Of a stretch of 64,000 nt of DNA, positions 36,083 through 49,725 are shown one piece after another. The notes under the pieces are model-generated. The model searched no databases, was not told where the DNA came from, and saw only the letters and a list, made by a program, of their open reading frames with translations. The position numbers and the translations under genes were made by a program. Every line of letters starts with the position of its first letter. Position 1 is the first letter of the stretch. Origin of the DNA: Squalus acanthias (Eukaryota); NCBI GenBank assembly GCA_030390025.1, contig CM059432.1, positions 72,914,001 to 72,978,000 of the forward strand, in the 5' to 3' direction.

Positions 36083-37679
36083 CTTTAGCCAGTTCGATTC
36101 ACTCCACGTGATATCAAGAACGGCTGAGCACACTGGATACAGCAAAGTCTATGGGCCCCAACACTATTCCAGCTCTAGTGCTGAAGACTTGTGCTCCAGA
36201 ACTAGCCAAGCTTTTCCAGTACAGCTACAACACTAGCATCTACCTGACAAAGTGAAAAATTGTCCAGATATGTCCTGTCCACAAAAAGCAGGACAAATCT
36301 AATCCAGCCAATTACTGCCCCATCAGTCTACCTTCAATCATCAGCAAAGTGATGGAAGGTGTCATCAACAGTGCTATTAAGCGGCACTTACTCACCAATA
36401 ACCTGCTCACCAATGCTCAGTTTGGGTTCCACCAGGACCACTCGGCTCCAGATATCATTACAGCCTTGGTTCAAACATGGACGAAAGAGCTGAATTCTAG
36501 AAGAGAGGTGAGAGTGACTGCCTTTGACATCAAGGCAGCATTTGACCGAGTGTGGCATCAAGGAGCCCCAGTAAAATTGAAGTCAATGGGAATCAGGGGA
36601 AAAACTCTCCACTGGCTGGAGTCATACCTAGCACAAAGGAAGATGGTTGTGGTTGTTGGAGGCCAATTATCTCAGCCCCAGGACATCACTGCAGGAGTTC
36701 CTAAGGGCAGTGTCCTGGGCCCAACCATCTTCAGCTGCTTCATCAATTACCTTCCCTCCATCATAAGGTCAGAATTGGGGATGTTCGCTGACGATTGCAC
36801 AGTGTTCAGTTCCATTCGCAACTCCTCAGATAATGAAGCAGTCCATGCCCACATGCAGCAAGACCTGGACGACATTCAGGCTTGGGCTGATAAGTGGCAA
36901 GTAACATTTGCGGCACACAGTGCCAGGCCATGAGTATCTCCAACAAGAGAGAGTCTAACCACTGCCCCTTGACATTCAACAGCATGACCATTGCCAAATC
37001 CCCCACCATCAACATCCTGGGGGTCACCATTGACCAGAAACTTAACTGGACCAGCTACATAAATACTGTGGCTACAAGAACAGGTCAGAGGCTGGGTATT
37101 CTGTGGCGAGTGACTCACATCCTGACTCCCCAAAGCCTTTCCACCATCCACAAGACTCAAGTTACGAGTGTGATAGAATACTCTCCACTTGCCTGGATGA
37201 GTGCAGCTCCAACAACACTCAAGAAGCTCGACATCATCCAGGCAAAGCATCCTGGTACCCCATCCACCACCTTAAACATTCACTCCCTCCACCACCGGCG
37301 CACTGTGGCTGCAGTGTGTACCATCTACAAGATGCACTGCAGCAACTCACCAAGGCTTCTTCGACAACACCTCCCAAACCCGTGACCTCTACCACCTAGA
37401 AGGACAAGGGCAACAGACGCATGGGAACACCACCACCTGCAATTCCTCACCATGTCACACACCATCCTGACTTGGAAGTATATCGCTGTTCCTTCATTGT
37501 TGCTGGGTCAAAATCCTGCAACTCCCTTCCTAACAGCACTGTGGGAGTATCTTCACCACATGGACTGCAGCGGTTCAAGAAGGCGGCTCACCACCACCTT
37601 CTCAAGGGAAAATAAGGACGGACAATAAATGCTGGCCTTGCCAGCGATGCCCACATCCCATGAATGAATAAAAAAAAAT
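36083..37679 (+). mobile_element. CR1-group (Zenon-like) LINE, RT to tail
   Basis: QFGFHQDHS, DIKAAFDRVWHQG, GVPKGSVLGP and MFADD motifs; (atga)n-A tail. Confidence 0.88.
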
Positions 37680-37689
37680 ATTTCAGTAC

Positions 37690-38046
37690 AGTAGAGGCCA
37701 TACTGCACTATCGGAGGTACCATCTTTCAGATGAGATGTTAAACCGAGGCCCTGGCTTCCCTCTCATGTGGATTTAAAAGACCTTGTGACAGTATTCGAA
37801 GAAAAGTAGGAGAGTTCTTCTGATTTCCTGGTCAACATTTATAGCTTAACCAACATTGCTAAAAAAAATAGATTATCTGATCATTTATCTCATTGCTGTT
37901 TCTCGGATCTTGCTGTATGCAAACTGGCTACTGCATTTGCCTACATTACAATAGTGACTACGCTTCACAAGTAATTTATTGGCTGTGAAGTGCTTTGGAA
38001 CATCCTGAAGGTGTGAAATGTGTTATATATGCAACTTCTTCTTTTA
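37690..38046 (+). mobile_element. DeuSINE-like SINE, diverged
   Basis: ctgcactatcggagg..gatgagatgttaaaccgaggccc core; homologous to 30323-30660. Confidence 0.7.
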
Positions 38047-38124
38047 CTATCTAGCTATCTCTGCTGGAAATGTTTTTAAGCATCAATTGGTATTCTTTAC
38101 TGATGTGTTAAAAAGTATAGCCAA

Positions 38125-38340
38125 GGCTCCTCTGTTGGCTCACCTAGTTAAGTTAAAGTAACCAAGCCATATAGACCAAGATGGTTCCAATCTCCAATCT
38201 ATGTCAAGTTAGTTGACCTCAGCTCCAATGGCAGTAGGGTTGTTCTAATTGGGCCAGGAAGGGGAAAAAATCAGCTAGGGTATCTATTTTTGATTGCTAC
38301 CTAGCCACCCCTGTTGGAAATGCATATGTGTAGATATTGA
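38125..38340 (+). mobile_element. LF-SINE-like fragment, probably continuing near 39737-39765
   Basis: Diverged similarity to 24372-24570. Confidence 0.45.
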
Positions 38341-39735
38341 ATTTTTTTTAAATTCGCTTATGGGATCTGGGCGTCGCTGGCAAGGCCAGCATTTATTGCC
38401 CATCCCTAGTTGCCCTTGAGAAGGTGGTGGTGAGTCGCCTTCTTGAACTGCTGCAGTCTGTGTGGTGAAGGTACTCCCACAGTGCTGTTAGGTAGGGAGT
38501 TCCAGGATTTTGACCCAGTGACGATGAAGGATTGGCGATATACTTCTAAGTCAGGATGGTGTGTGACTTGGAGGGGAACTTGGAGGTGGTGGTGTTCTCA
38601 TGCGCCTGCTGCCCTTGTCCTTCTAGGTGGAAGAGGTCGCGGGTTTGGGAGGTGCTGCCGAAGAAGCCTTGGCGATTTGCTGCAGTGCATCTTGTAGATG
38701 GTACACACTGCAACCACGGTACGCCCGTGGTGGAGGGAGTGAATGTTTAAGGTGGTGGATGGGGTGCCAATCAAACGGGCTGCTTTGTCCTGGATGGTGT
38801 CGAGCTTCTTGAGTGTGTTGCAGCTGCACTCATCCAGGCAAGTGGAGAGTATTCCATCACACTCCATACTTGTGCCTTGTAGATGGTGGAAAGGCTTTGG
38901 GGAGTCAGGAGGTGAGACACTCGCCACAGAATACCTAGCCTCTGACCTGCTCTTGTTGCCACAGTATTTAAGTGGCTGGTCCAGTTAAGTTTCTGGTCAA
39001 TGGTGACCCCCAGGATGTTGATGGTGGGGGATTCGATGATGGTAATGCCGTTGAATGTCAAGGGGAGGTGGTTAGACTCTCGCTTGTTGCAGATAGTCAT
39101 TGCCTGGCACTTCTGTGGCGCGAATGTTATTTGCCATTTATCAGCCCAAGCCTGAACGTCGTCCAGGTCTTGTTGCATGTGGGCATGGGCTGCTTCATTA
39201 TCTGAGGAGTTGTGAATGGCGCTGAACACTGTGCAGTCATCAGCGAACATCCTCATTTCTGACCTTATGTTGGAGGGAAGGTCATTGATGAAGCAGCTGA
39301 AGATGATTGGGCCTAGGACACTGCCCTGAGGAACTCCTGCAGCGATGTCCTGAGGCTGTGATGATTGACCTTCAATCACCACAACCATCTTCCTTTGTGC
39401 TAGGTATGACTCCAGCCAGTGGAGCGTTTTCCCCCTGATTCCCATTGACTTCAGTTTTAGTAGGGCTCCTTGATGCCAGACTCGGTCAAATGCTGCCTTG
39501 ATGTCAAGGGCAGTCACTCTCACCTCACCTCTGGAATTCAGCTCCTTTGTCCATGTTTGGACCAAGGCTGTAATGAGGTCGGGAGCCGAGTGGTCTTGGC
39601 GGAACCCAAACTAGGCATCAGTGAGCAGGTTATTGGTGAGAAAGTGTCACTTGATAGCACTGTCGATGACACCTTCCATCACTTTGCTGATGATTGAGAG
39701 TAGATTGATTGGGTCGGTAATTGGCCGGGTTGGAT
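38341..39735 (-). mobile_element. CR1-group (Zenon-like) LINE, RT to tail
   Basis: ORF 38771-39565 with [23 protein letters not shown] and MFADD; reverse-complement homolog of 36295-37679. Confidence 0.9.
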
Positions 39736-40559
39736 AGACAGGATTGGGCTCAACTTTGATGAATAATAAGGCCAAACAGTCTACTAACATTCAGCGCAAT
39801 TCTAACCCTAACTGCCTGGCAGAAACTGGGCAGGTAGGCAGTAACATTGCCCAGAAAACTTACCCACCGTCCAGCTGCCAGGACCCTGCCATCCACGATT
39901 TTGACTCAGGCTCCTAGATGGGTCCTAAGCTGCCCACCCAAAGATTGCACGGGCCTCATTGACATATGCAGATTGGAATCCGATGACCTAATTGGGGCGT
40001 AACTGCTATTTTAATGCCAGCATGAGTGGACAAGTCGCTATGGCTTTCCCACCAGGCAAAATCCAGCAAGAAGAGGATCTTGGACCAGAATAGAAGAGGC
40101 CATTTAAGCGAAGTTTTTTTTAACTTTCCTTGTGGGGCCAGAAGGAGCAGGAAAGTTTAGGCCTCCTCTGGCCTGGACACCTCCCTACTGCCCTCCCACA
40201 AGATCCTCCTGGAACTCCCTTCCCCAGACCTACCTGCATGCCAGTGGGTGACCAAGGGCCATCTGGATTTTTCACAAGCTGCCTCCTGCTTCCCATCCAC
40301 TCCCACCACAAAGGTGCCATCCTCTGGTAACCAATGCACTTTTTAAAATGAACATTTACTCCTTTTTATTTCTCTTTACTCCTCTTCAACAGTCATTCAC
40401 TTTTGATATCCAACTGAGGAAATACTTGAATCATCCACAGGTTTCTCTAAGTCAATGCTGCACTACATAGCAATTAGTAGGAAGCTCCCAAAAGCAATAT
40501 TATCAGCATTTTTTAAAAAGGCGCCTAGCAACTTGGATCAAGATCCAAGAAGATGTTCC

Positions 40560-41085
40560 ACACACGGCTAAGGGACTGAAACTTTTTGCCAGTTGAACAC
40601 AGGGTTCATCGACAATGATTGTCATAGAAATATCTCTATAAAGTAGTTAATTCTCCTTTTGAAGCACAATTGATGACAAAATCACTGCAAGCAGATATAG
40701 ACAGAATCCAACCATAGGCAGACAAATGATATCTTATGTTCAACACTGAGAAGGCTTGGTAAATAACAATGTTGAGAAAGATTGACTGATACTATCTATC
40801 CATCTCTACTCAGTAGAAGTTGAAAGCTCTTCAGTTACAAACCTTGGGCTCTTTGGTTTGGTAATTACATCTGATCCATCCTGGAGCAAACAACTTGCAA
40901 AGATGGCTGCAAATGCTATATCCTTCAAGAAATCTCAATCATATTTTTCATTGTTAACACCCTTTAGTGTCATACAAAACCTATAAACACCCAGCGACGG
41001 AATATTGTTTGACAGGTTGAAGAGAAAAGCAACTACTTACTGATGAATTCAGTATAGTTCAAAAAAATGCAGACCAATAGACTTG
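40560..41085 (+). mobile_element. Highly decayed non-LTR RT C-terminal fragment
   Basis: SLQADIDRIQP*ADK*YLMFNTEK and GLVITSDPSWSKQ motifs. Confidence 0.5.
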
Positions 41086-41088
41086 ATG

Positions 41089-41425
41089 AAAAAGAAAGAC
41101 TTGCACCTATATAGCGCCTTTCACAACATTTGAGACTTTACAGCCAATGAAGTACAGTACTGTTGTAATGTAGGAAATGCGGCATCCAATTTGCGCAGAG
41201 CAAGCTCCCACAAACAGCACTGTGATAATGGCCAGATAATCTGCTTTAGTGAAGTTGGTTGAAGGATAAATATTGGCCAGGACACTGGGGAGAACACCCC
41301 TGCTCTTCTTCAAAATAATGCCATGGGATCTATTATGTCCCCCTGAGAGGGCAGATGGGCCTTGTTTTGACGTCTCATCCGAAAGACAGCAGCTCTGACA
41401 GTGCAGCACTCCCTCAGTACTGCAC
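41089..41425 (-). mobile_element. DeuSINE-like SINE, 5'-truncated
   Basis: Colinear with 30323-30660. Confidence 0.85.
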
Positions 41426-41779
41426 ATATTTACATATATTATAATGAGGGCCAGTGATTCCATAGCTCCAAGTTTCCTGCTTTACACTCTGGGTAAGTTA
41501 GAAAGAGAATTATAAGGAGTTGGCAGGATTTGCTGAGACAACTGTACTGGGGTTAAGTTAGAATGAGGATTTGCTGAGACAGGAAGAAGTGAGGAGTTTG
41601 TGAGCCTGAAGTTTGTGGAGTGATAACCAGCCAGAAGATGTTCCAGAGCCACTTGGGAAGCTCACATAGATGAGACCTTCAGCTAAGTGCCATATCCACC
41701 CAATGCATTAATATGTGCACAATGCAGTGGCCCAAAACACCTACAAAAATATTGACCCCTGCAACAACTTAACTACCAT

Positions 41780-42960
41780 GATCTGTTAACACCTTATTCT
41801 ACATTCACAGAGCAAAACTCTCTGGACATGGTTGATATAAACTGCATCCAAGTTTAAGTGCATAGGGCTAGTGATGTTTTGCCCCAGTGTTTCCCATTGG
41901 TGATAGTGGGACATCCTAATCTTGTGCTGCTTCTCAATGCTGATTTGGTGGCAGGAGTAAATGAGGTGGCTGACTTCTGGCTTGGGGTTGTGGTGGCCCT
42001 GCACCTCCTTGGACTGGATCATGAAATGGTCCTGCAACAGCTGCTGCTATGACCATTGCTGCAGTGACTGGCTGGACCTGTCCACTTTCTGACACAGCTT
42101 TTGCCATTTGGAGAGGGGCAAGATGGGCTAGATGTGGCATCATCATGAAAGGCAGCAGCTTCTTCCGTGCTTATTTCAGTCAGACGCCTGCTGCAGGGCA
42201 CTTCATTGTCATGTCCACTCATCTGTGTGGGACAGACTGACGTGTATCAGTGAGGCCACTGAAGCCATGCTTAATAGCTCTTTCCACCCTATCTCCCAGC
42301 AAGTTGAAGCAGCATATGTGGGCCTGTTGTAGATTGGAGCCCAGAGCTTCTATAAAAACAATCTGAGCATTTATCAGAGATGCCCCAACTGGGCTTAGGA
42401 TCAAGCCTATCACAACCACATCGTATTTCACTCGGTCAGTGACCATATGATTAGTGACTAGCAACACAATATGCATGTGAGCTGGCTCCACTGCAGATGG
42501 CCCTGGAGTTATCATGCATGCCAAAATGGACTGCATTTTTTAAGCAGTCAGAGAAAATGGTACAAATGCAAGTAGTGGCCTCCTTCACAATTGCCACCAG
42601 ATGTTGCAGAGTGCTTGCCACATTCTTTAATGACAGTAACAAATATCGGTGCTCAGATAGGATCTTTGTAATGCAAGTCACACGAGGTCAGAATGCCAAT
42701 CGTCTGCAGCTGAGGAAGGATGTGAGCTGACGCACTGTCCATCAGGCACCTGGTTCTCCTCTGCCACCTCACTATTCCTGCTCACTCGTGCCTCATGTAT
42801 CAGCCAGTATGCCCTCCTCAGACTGCGTAACTAAATCCTCCAGTGTAGATATACTTGTACTGCTCCCTGCTACAAATGGAGTGAGTGATGTAGGGTGCTT
42901 TGAGATACTGGCTGGGACCAGTTTCATGAAACAGGCAAGGAACATATGTCATATGCTGAC
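41780..42960 (-). pseudogene. Possible decayed 3' exon of a Harbinger Myb/SANT accessory gene
   Basis: Composition and weak similarity to 51570-52420 and 58620-59646; no diagnostic motif. Confidence 0.35.
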
Positions 42961-45338
42961 TACAAGACATTTCTTCAAACAGAACCTACAAAGCCAGTAA
43001 TATGTGTCATGGTGGTGTGCTGGAATGTCGGCATATGATTGAGTGAGTGAATGAGTGAGTAGAGTAGAGGAAAAGTAATAGAAAAAGGATAATACTAGTC
43101 TAGAACTTCGGGGAGACCTCCAGTACTATCCACTCCTTCTATGCTGAGAAATCTCTGATCAAATTTACGCAATGGTCTAAAATTAGGGGGCCATGATTTG
43201 CAAGCAGTGAAGTAATGTTGAGATGTTGGAGGTTTGTAGAGCACATTGAACGAGACACATGTGTCCATCTATATCCCAGCTTGTGAATGAGTAAATCAAC
43301 AGGCATCATGCAGGTAGATTGTGTTGCAAGGTTGGCTTATGGATTCACCTTTTCAATTAGTAATGTGCCCACAGTTCCTATTTGAAGTAGCAGTATTCAG
43401 AATATACTCTGCTGCAGTAGGGACATGAATATGGACCTTCAAAAGACCTATTTCTGAGGGCTTAGCATGCAGCCTCAGTCATAACAGGGTGCGAGGAAAA
43501 TCTTTGTGGCATGCATAATTTGCCCATCCACAAGGCAGTGCATGATGAGAGCAAACTTGAATGGAGGAGAAACCCCCCTAACTTTAGGCCATTGTGTAAA
43601 TTACCTCATGGGCTGCCTCTGCATACTTCCTGATCATCCTTAACCATGTGCATCAAATTAATTGCTCACGTGTCTGAGTGATATGTTCTAAGTGAAGCAG
43701 TCTGCAGTTGCTGCCGTAACACAGCTTAGAAACCAGTAAATAGTAGTTAAGTCAACAATATCAAGCTAAACAATACTACCACATGGATTCAATACTATAA
43801 TACCGACGATAACACTTCATGATGGGAGTAATTTTGTAATGCACGCTAAAACTAGGTAAAATTTGCAGTCCATAGCACTCGTGAAATTACTCACTCATAC
43901 GCACAAATACTGTGTGCGTTAATATAACACCAATGATAATTTCCTGACTAAGGATGATGAGTTTGGGAAATGGAAATGTCTCACTGGTACTGTTCAGAGA
44001 TTGGTGTGAAGGCACTTTTGGGTTGAATTTGCACTGTGCGATATTAGTAACTAATTCCTTTGACTGCCATTTTAACAAAGACACTCATCTGGTTAATTAC
44101 TTCATTAGAATGTATTCACCACTAATATCGTACAGCACGATTCCTACCCTAATGTTGGGGCAGAATAGAGGGAGCAATAGACTATACCATATCTGACCTG
44201 GGAGTGTTTGATGCTGACACTGGTGGATAGCTGAAATGGGAAAGTGTTCTATTCTCCAGCACTAACCTCCCTCACTTTAATGAGCACAAAAAGAAGAAAA
44301 GAATTCTCATTGTGATGGGAACGTTATGGTTTGCTTTTGTTTCTGATCATCCAATCGTATTTTTTTTAAGAGTTTTCTAATGAGTTGCAGTAAGCAGGTC
44401 AATAATATATACTGGCCCACTTACCCACACATTTCCAGAAATTGCTAATGTGAATGATTTTATATAATTTACTGTAAGTTGGTTTGGACTATGTTTTTTA
44501 TATCAGCACGATAATACAAAATTGATCATCCAGCAGAAAGAAAACATTGATTATTAATGCTTTCACATCATTGGCTAAGGTTTAAGGTTTTTAGTACTAA
44601 CTTTTGTAGTAATTATTTTAACTATAGTCTACTTGTTTATCTATATGCTACTGGCTTAAATGGCAAAAAGGCTATTTTCAGAAACCTTTGATAACCATTT
44701 GTAGCAGTTTTTTGTAGTTTGCATAGAACTGCTGCAAACTGCGGTTTTCTCTTACATGAGGTGACTAACAGCAATACCATACTGTGTGTAAAACATGTTA
44801 TTCTTATACCTTTAAACCACCTACGTACTTCCTGTGTTTCTTATCAGCAGAGGAATCAGTCATGAACTGACATTTCAGTTTTTTAAACTTTGTAAAACTG
44901 ACAGCAAAAAACAGAGAAAAGAGGCAAGTGGAGTTGACAGCATCTTTGCTGCCGTCGGACTTGATAAAAGGAGAGTCCCCAGGCTGCCCCTAGAACTGAC
45001 AATCCAAAAGTGGTGCCCAATTGTTTTGTAACAGCTGGCAAGCAACAGGGTGTTAACCTGATTCATGGAAATGGCAGGTAGTTCCAGGAATGTTGCCAGT
45101 TACAGCTGTTAAAGAATAAACAGCAAGTCAAAGCTAATCCTCACAATATTAATCATTTTTTTCCTTGACAGCCAGTCAATACTTTACTTCTGCTAACTGC
45201 AAGACAAATATAGGTTGTCAAGTTATAACTTGGCTTTACTGTTTTACATGCAGACTACTTACCTGTACTTGGTACAGAGCTAGAAAACAGACACTTCCCC
45301 ACCCCCTATCCAGTAATGCAACATCCCAGAACTGGGAA

Positions 45339-45420
45339 GAAGGAGCAGCGCTCCGAAAGCTTGTGATTTCAAATAAAGCTGTTGGACTATAACCTGGTGT
45401 GGTGCGACTTCTCACAATTG
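45339..45420 (+). mobile_element. PLE family 1 pLTR fragment (hammerhead 5'-truncated)
   Basis: gaaggagcagcgctccgaaagcttgtga...cttctcaca; direct repeat tgggaagaa at 45333-41 and 45419-27. Confidence 0.9.
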
Positions 45421-45776
45421 GGAAGAAAAGGGGAGCTTTTTTTTTAATTAACTTTTTTTCCACAAAGTCTGAACCCATCCTAATTTGTTCAAATATATTA
45501 TTTTGTGTCTAGTATAATTTCCTAGGATCACACTGTATTTATCCTTTGCATTCTTTTAAAGGTTCTTCATTAGCTCAGTACTAAATCAATTTATTATGTT
45601 TATGTTTTGTCAATGTCATCAAAACCAAAGGTCCTAAATTGTCACACAGTTTGCCCAAACCAAAGGATTTCAAACATTTTTAGTCACGATGTTAATACTA
45701 CGATAGGACCCCTCTTTAGAATTTTTTCACCGTTATGTTATCATCTAATTTTCTCCTTTTTTTCTGCTATCACCAG

Positions 45777-45912
45777 GCCATGCACCTCTTGTAGCTGAAA
45801 GATGGAAAGGCAGTTTGCTTCCAGGTCTCTGCCAATGCTGCATTCCCCTTGGCCTTTCGAGGTGTACGTGAGGGGGCCGGTGATGACTTTCCTTCCAATT
45901 TTCCTGAATACG
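45777..45912 (+). other. Candidate host exon, possibly the first coding exon (MERQFASRSLPMLHSPWPFEVYVRGPVMTFLPIFLNT)
   Basis: Branch-like ctaat, long pyrimidine tract and cag acceptor; donor ACG|gtaagc; ATG at 45802 in strong Kozak context (aagATGg) after an in-frame TGA; 37 open codons. Confidence 0.4.
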
Positions 45913-45949
45913 GTAAGCTTTTGACTGACACTTTCCCACTCTATTGCAA

Positions 45950-48900
45950 AAATAACAACGTACATTTATATAGCACCTCTAACGTAGTAAAAAGTCCCAA
46001 GGCGCTTCACAGGAGCGTTATCAAACAAAATTTGACACCAAGCCACATAAGGAGTTATTAGAACAGATGGCCAAGGAGAGAGAAAGAGAGATAGAGAGGC
46101 GGAGAGGTTTAGGGAGGAAATTCCAGAACTTAGGGCCTCGGCAGCTGAAGGCACAGCCACCAATGGTAGAGTGATTAAAATCGGAAATACGCAAGAGGCC
46201 AGAATTGGAGGAGCGCAGAGATCTCAGAGGGTTGTAGGGCTGGAGGACGTTACAGAGGTTGGGAGGGACGAGACCATGGAGGAACTTGCCAGACCAGGAG
46301 CCAATGTAGGTCAGCAAGCAGAGGGGTGATGGGTGAATGGGACTTGGTGCGAGATGAGCTCAAGTTTATGGAGGGTGGAAGATGGGAGGCCAGCCAGGAG
46401 AGCATTGGAATAGTCAAGTCTCGAGGTAAAAAAGGCATGGATGAGGGTTTCAGCAGCAGATGAGCTGAGGCAGAGGCGGATGTGATGGAGATGGAAGTAG
46501 GTGGTCTTGGTGAAGGTGCAGATATGTGGTCAGAAGTTCATCTCAGGGTCAGATATGACACCAAGATTGTGAATGATCTGGTTCAGCCTCAGACAGTTAC
46601 CAGGGAGAGGGACGGAGTCAGTGGCTAGGAAATGGTAGGGACCGAATACAATGGTTGCGGTTTTCCCAATATTTAGTTGGAGGAAATTTCTGTTCATCTA
46701 GTACTGGATATCGGACAAGCAGTGTGACAAATCAGAGAGAGTGGAGGGGTCGAGAGAGGTGGTGGTGAGGTAGAGCTGGGTGTTGTCAGCGTACATGTGG
46801 AACCTGACATCGTGTTTTCGGATGATGTCACCGAGGGGCAGTTTGTGGATGAGAAATAGGAGGGGGCCAAGGACTGATCCTTGGGGGACTCCAAAGGTAA
46901 TGGTGTGGGAGCGGGATGAGAAGACATTGCAGGTAATTCTCTGGCTACGACTGGATAGTCCCACCCAGCTGGACAATGGCAGAGAGGTGTTGGAGGAGGA
47001 TGGTGTGGTCAACCTTATCAAATGTTGCAGACAGGTCGAAATATTTTGTATCTGTCTTCACGGTAGAAGACACTAACAACATCCCAATAATGGATAATCA
47101 AGGGGCCACAGGGAGGGGGGAACTAAAGACAATCACTATCACTAAGGAAATAGTACTTGGTAAAATAATGGGACTAAAAGATGACAAGTCCCCTGGACCA
47201 GATGGCCTGCATTCCAGGGTCTTAAAAGAAGTGTCTGCAGAGATAGTGGATGCATTGGTTGCAATATACCAAAATTCCCTGGATTCTGGAGAGGTCCCAG
47301 CGGATTGGAAAACCGCAAATGTAACACCCCTATTTAAGAAAGGACGGAGACAGAAAGCAGGAAACTATAGTTGGGAAAATGCTGGAGTCCTTCATTAAGG
47401 AAGCAGTAGCAGGGCATTTGGAAAATCATAATGCAGTCAAGCAGAGTCAGCATGGTTTTATGAAAGGGATATCATGTTTAACAAACTTGCTGGAGTTCTT
47501 TGAGGAGGTAACGAGCAGGGTGGACAAAGGTGAACCAGTGGATGTGGTGTATTTGGATTTCCAGAAGGCATTCGATAAGGTGCCACATAAAAGGTTACTG
47601 CATAAGATAAGAGCTCACGGAGTTGGGGGTAATATATCAGCATGGATAGAGAATTGGCTAACTAACAGAAAGCAGAGAGTCGGGATAAATGGGTCATTTT
47701 CCAGTTGGCAAACGGTAACTAGTGGGGTGCCACAGGGATCGGTGCTGGGGCCTCAACTATTTACAATCTACATTAATGACTTGGACGAAGAGACCGAGTG
47801 TAATGTAGCCAAGTTTGCGAATGATACAAAGATGGGTGGGAAAGCAAGTTGTGCAGAGGACTCAAAGAACCTGCAAAGGGATATAGACAGGCTAAGTGAG
47901 TGGGCAAACATTTGGCAAATGGAGTATAATGTGGGAAAGTGCGAGGTTATACACTTTGGCAGGAAAAACAAAAAAGCAAATTATTATTTAAATGGAGAGA
48001 GATTACAAAATGCTACAGTTCAGAGGGACCTGGGGGTCCTTGTGCATGAAAGACAAAAAGTTAGCATGCAGGTACAGCAAGTAATCAAAAAGGCAAATGG
48101 AATGTTGGCCTTTATTTCAAGGGGGTTGGAATATAAAAGCAGGGAAGTCCTGCTGCAACTGTACAGGGTATTGGTGAGACCACACCTTGAGTACTGTGTA
48201 CAGTTTTGGTCTCCTTATTTAAGGAAGGATATACTTGCATTGGAGGCAGTTCAGAGACGATTCACTAGGTTAATCCCAGAGATGAGGGGGTTGACTTATG
48301 AGGAAAGGTTGAGCAGGCTGGGCCTATACTCATTGGAATTTAGAAGAATGAGAGGTGATCTTATTGAAACATATAAGATACTGAAGGGGCTCGACAAGGT
48401 AGATGCAGAGAGGATGTCGTGGGGAAACCTAGAATGCAGGGGCACAGTTTTAGAATAAAGGGTCGCCCTTTTAGAACTGAGATGAGGAGGAATTTCTTCT
48501 CTCAGAGGGTCGTAAATCTGTGGAATTCTCTGCCCCAGAGAGCTGTGGAGGCCGGTTCATTAAATACATTTAAGGTGGAGATAGAAAAATTCTTGCAAGA
48601 TAAGGGAGTGAAGGGTTATGGGGAGTGGGCGGGAAGTGGCTTTGAGCCCAAGATCAGCCATGATCTTATTGAATGGCGGAGCAGGCTCGAGGGGCCAAGT
48701 GGCCTATTCCTGCTCCTATTTCTTATGTTTCTTATGTTTCTTAGAAGGATGAGGAGGGATAGTTTCAGCAGTGGTCAGCAGTTTTGTGGGAATAGGATCG
48801 AGGGAGCAGAAGGTGGGTCTCGTGGACAAGATGAGCTCAGAGAGGGCCTGAGGGGAGATAGGAGACCAACTGGAGAAAGATGCGACTTCAGGGCTATGGC

Positions 48901-49190
48901 ATTAGGGGAAGTTTGGTCCGGTGGGCTTGGGAAAGGGAGGGAAGCGGTAGAGGTAGCTGAATGGATGGTCTCAATCTTAGTAACAAAGAAGTCCATGAGC
49001 TCCTCGCACTTTTTGTTGGAGGTGAGGGTGGAGGAGGCAGGGGAGAGGGGTTTAAGTAGATGGTTTGTAGTGGAGAAGAGAATCTGGGAGATATATTTGC
49101 ATTCCAGGATGACCCTAGAATAGTGAGCAGTTTTGGGAGAGGAGAGCAGGGCCCGATAGTGCTTTATGTGGTCCAGCCAGATGTGGCGAT
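45950..49190 (-). mobile_element. L2 LINE fragment interrupted by a CR1
   Basis: [30 protein letters not shown] (46698-47021); tail at ~45950; resumes at 48742 (MDFFVTKIETI). Confidence 0.85.
47040..48741 (+). mobile_element. CR1 LINE, 5'-truncated, RT to tail
   Basis: ORFs 46976-47398 and 47379-48458; (ttcttatgt)n tail. Confidence 0.92.
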
Positions 49191-49725
49191 GAAGTTTCAG
49201 GAAGCCCGGGAAACCCGTGGATGCGCCGTTAAATGTGAATGTAGGTTAAAATATCGCTGAAATTGATCGATCAGCATATACGAACATACGAACAATGACT
49301 GACAGGTAAAGACCCTGTGATCCATCCAGCCTGTCCCACACAATTGTGATACCTTACACATCGCAATATACACTCTCCACCCCACCTGAAATCATGTGAT
49401 CTCCTGGGAGAGGTGAAAAACCAGATAAAAACCCAGGCCAATTTGGGGAAAAAGAATCTGGGAAATTCATTTCCAACCCATCTAAATTATCAAAACTATT
49501 CGAGGAGACGATTCTGGCTCTGAATTCCCTGCAGTATCTACCTTTTGTAAGAGGTGATCTTCGCCCCAACCAGAAACAGGCCCAGTTCTCGCTTGAAGGA
49601 ATTCTGCAAATCGGCATCCACCGCACGAGTCGTCAGCCTGTTCCAGAGCTCCACTGTTCACTGGGAAAAGAACCACCTCCTGACAGCTAACCTAGATCTG
49701 GGTTTATACAACTTCAAATTGTGAC

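Noticed and set aside
44834..45066. Short ORFs on both strands in unique sequence
   Set aside because: No convincing splice-site pair or recognisable protein; could be conserved non-coding DNA but this cannot be supported from the sequence alone.
45777..45885. Selenoprotein-type TGA readthrough in the frame HAPLVAERW..CQCC..RCT*
   Set aside because: A second TGA follows four codons later and no SECIS is recognisable.
48419..49123. 234-aa ORF
   Set aside because: CR1 C-terminus and 3'UTR reading through into antisense L2.
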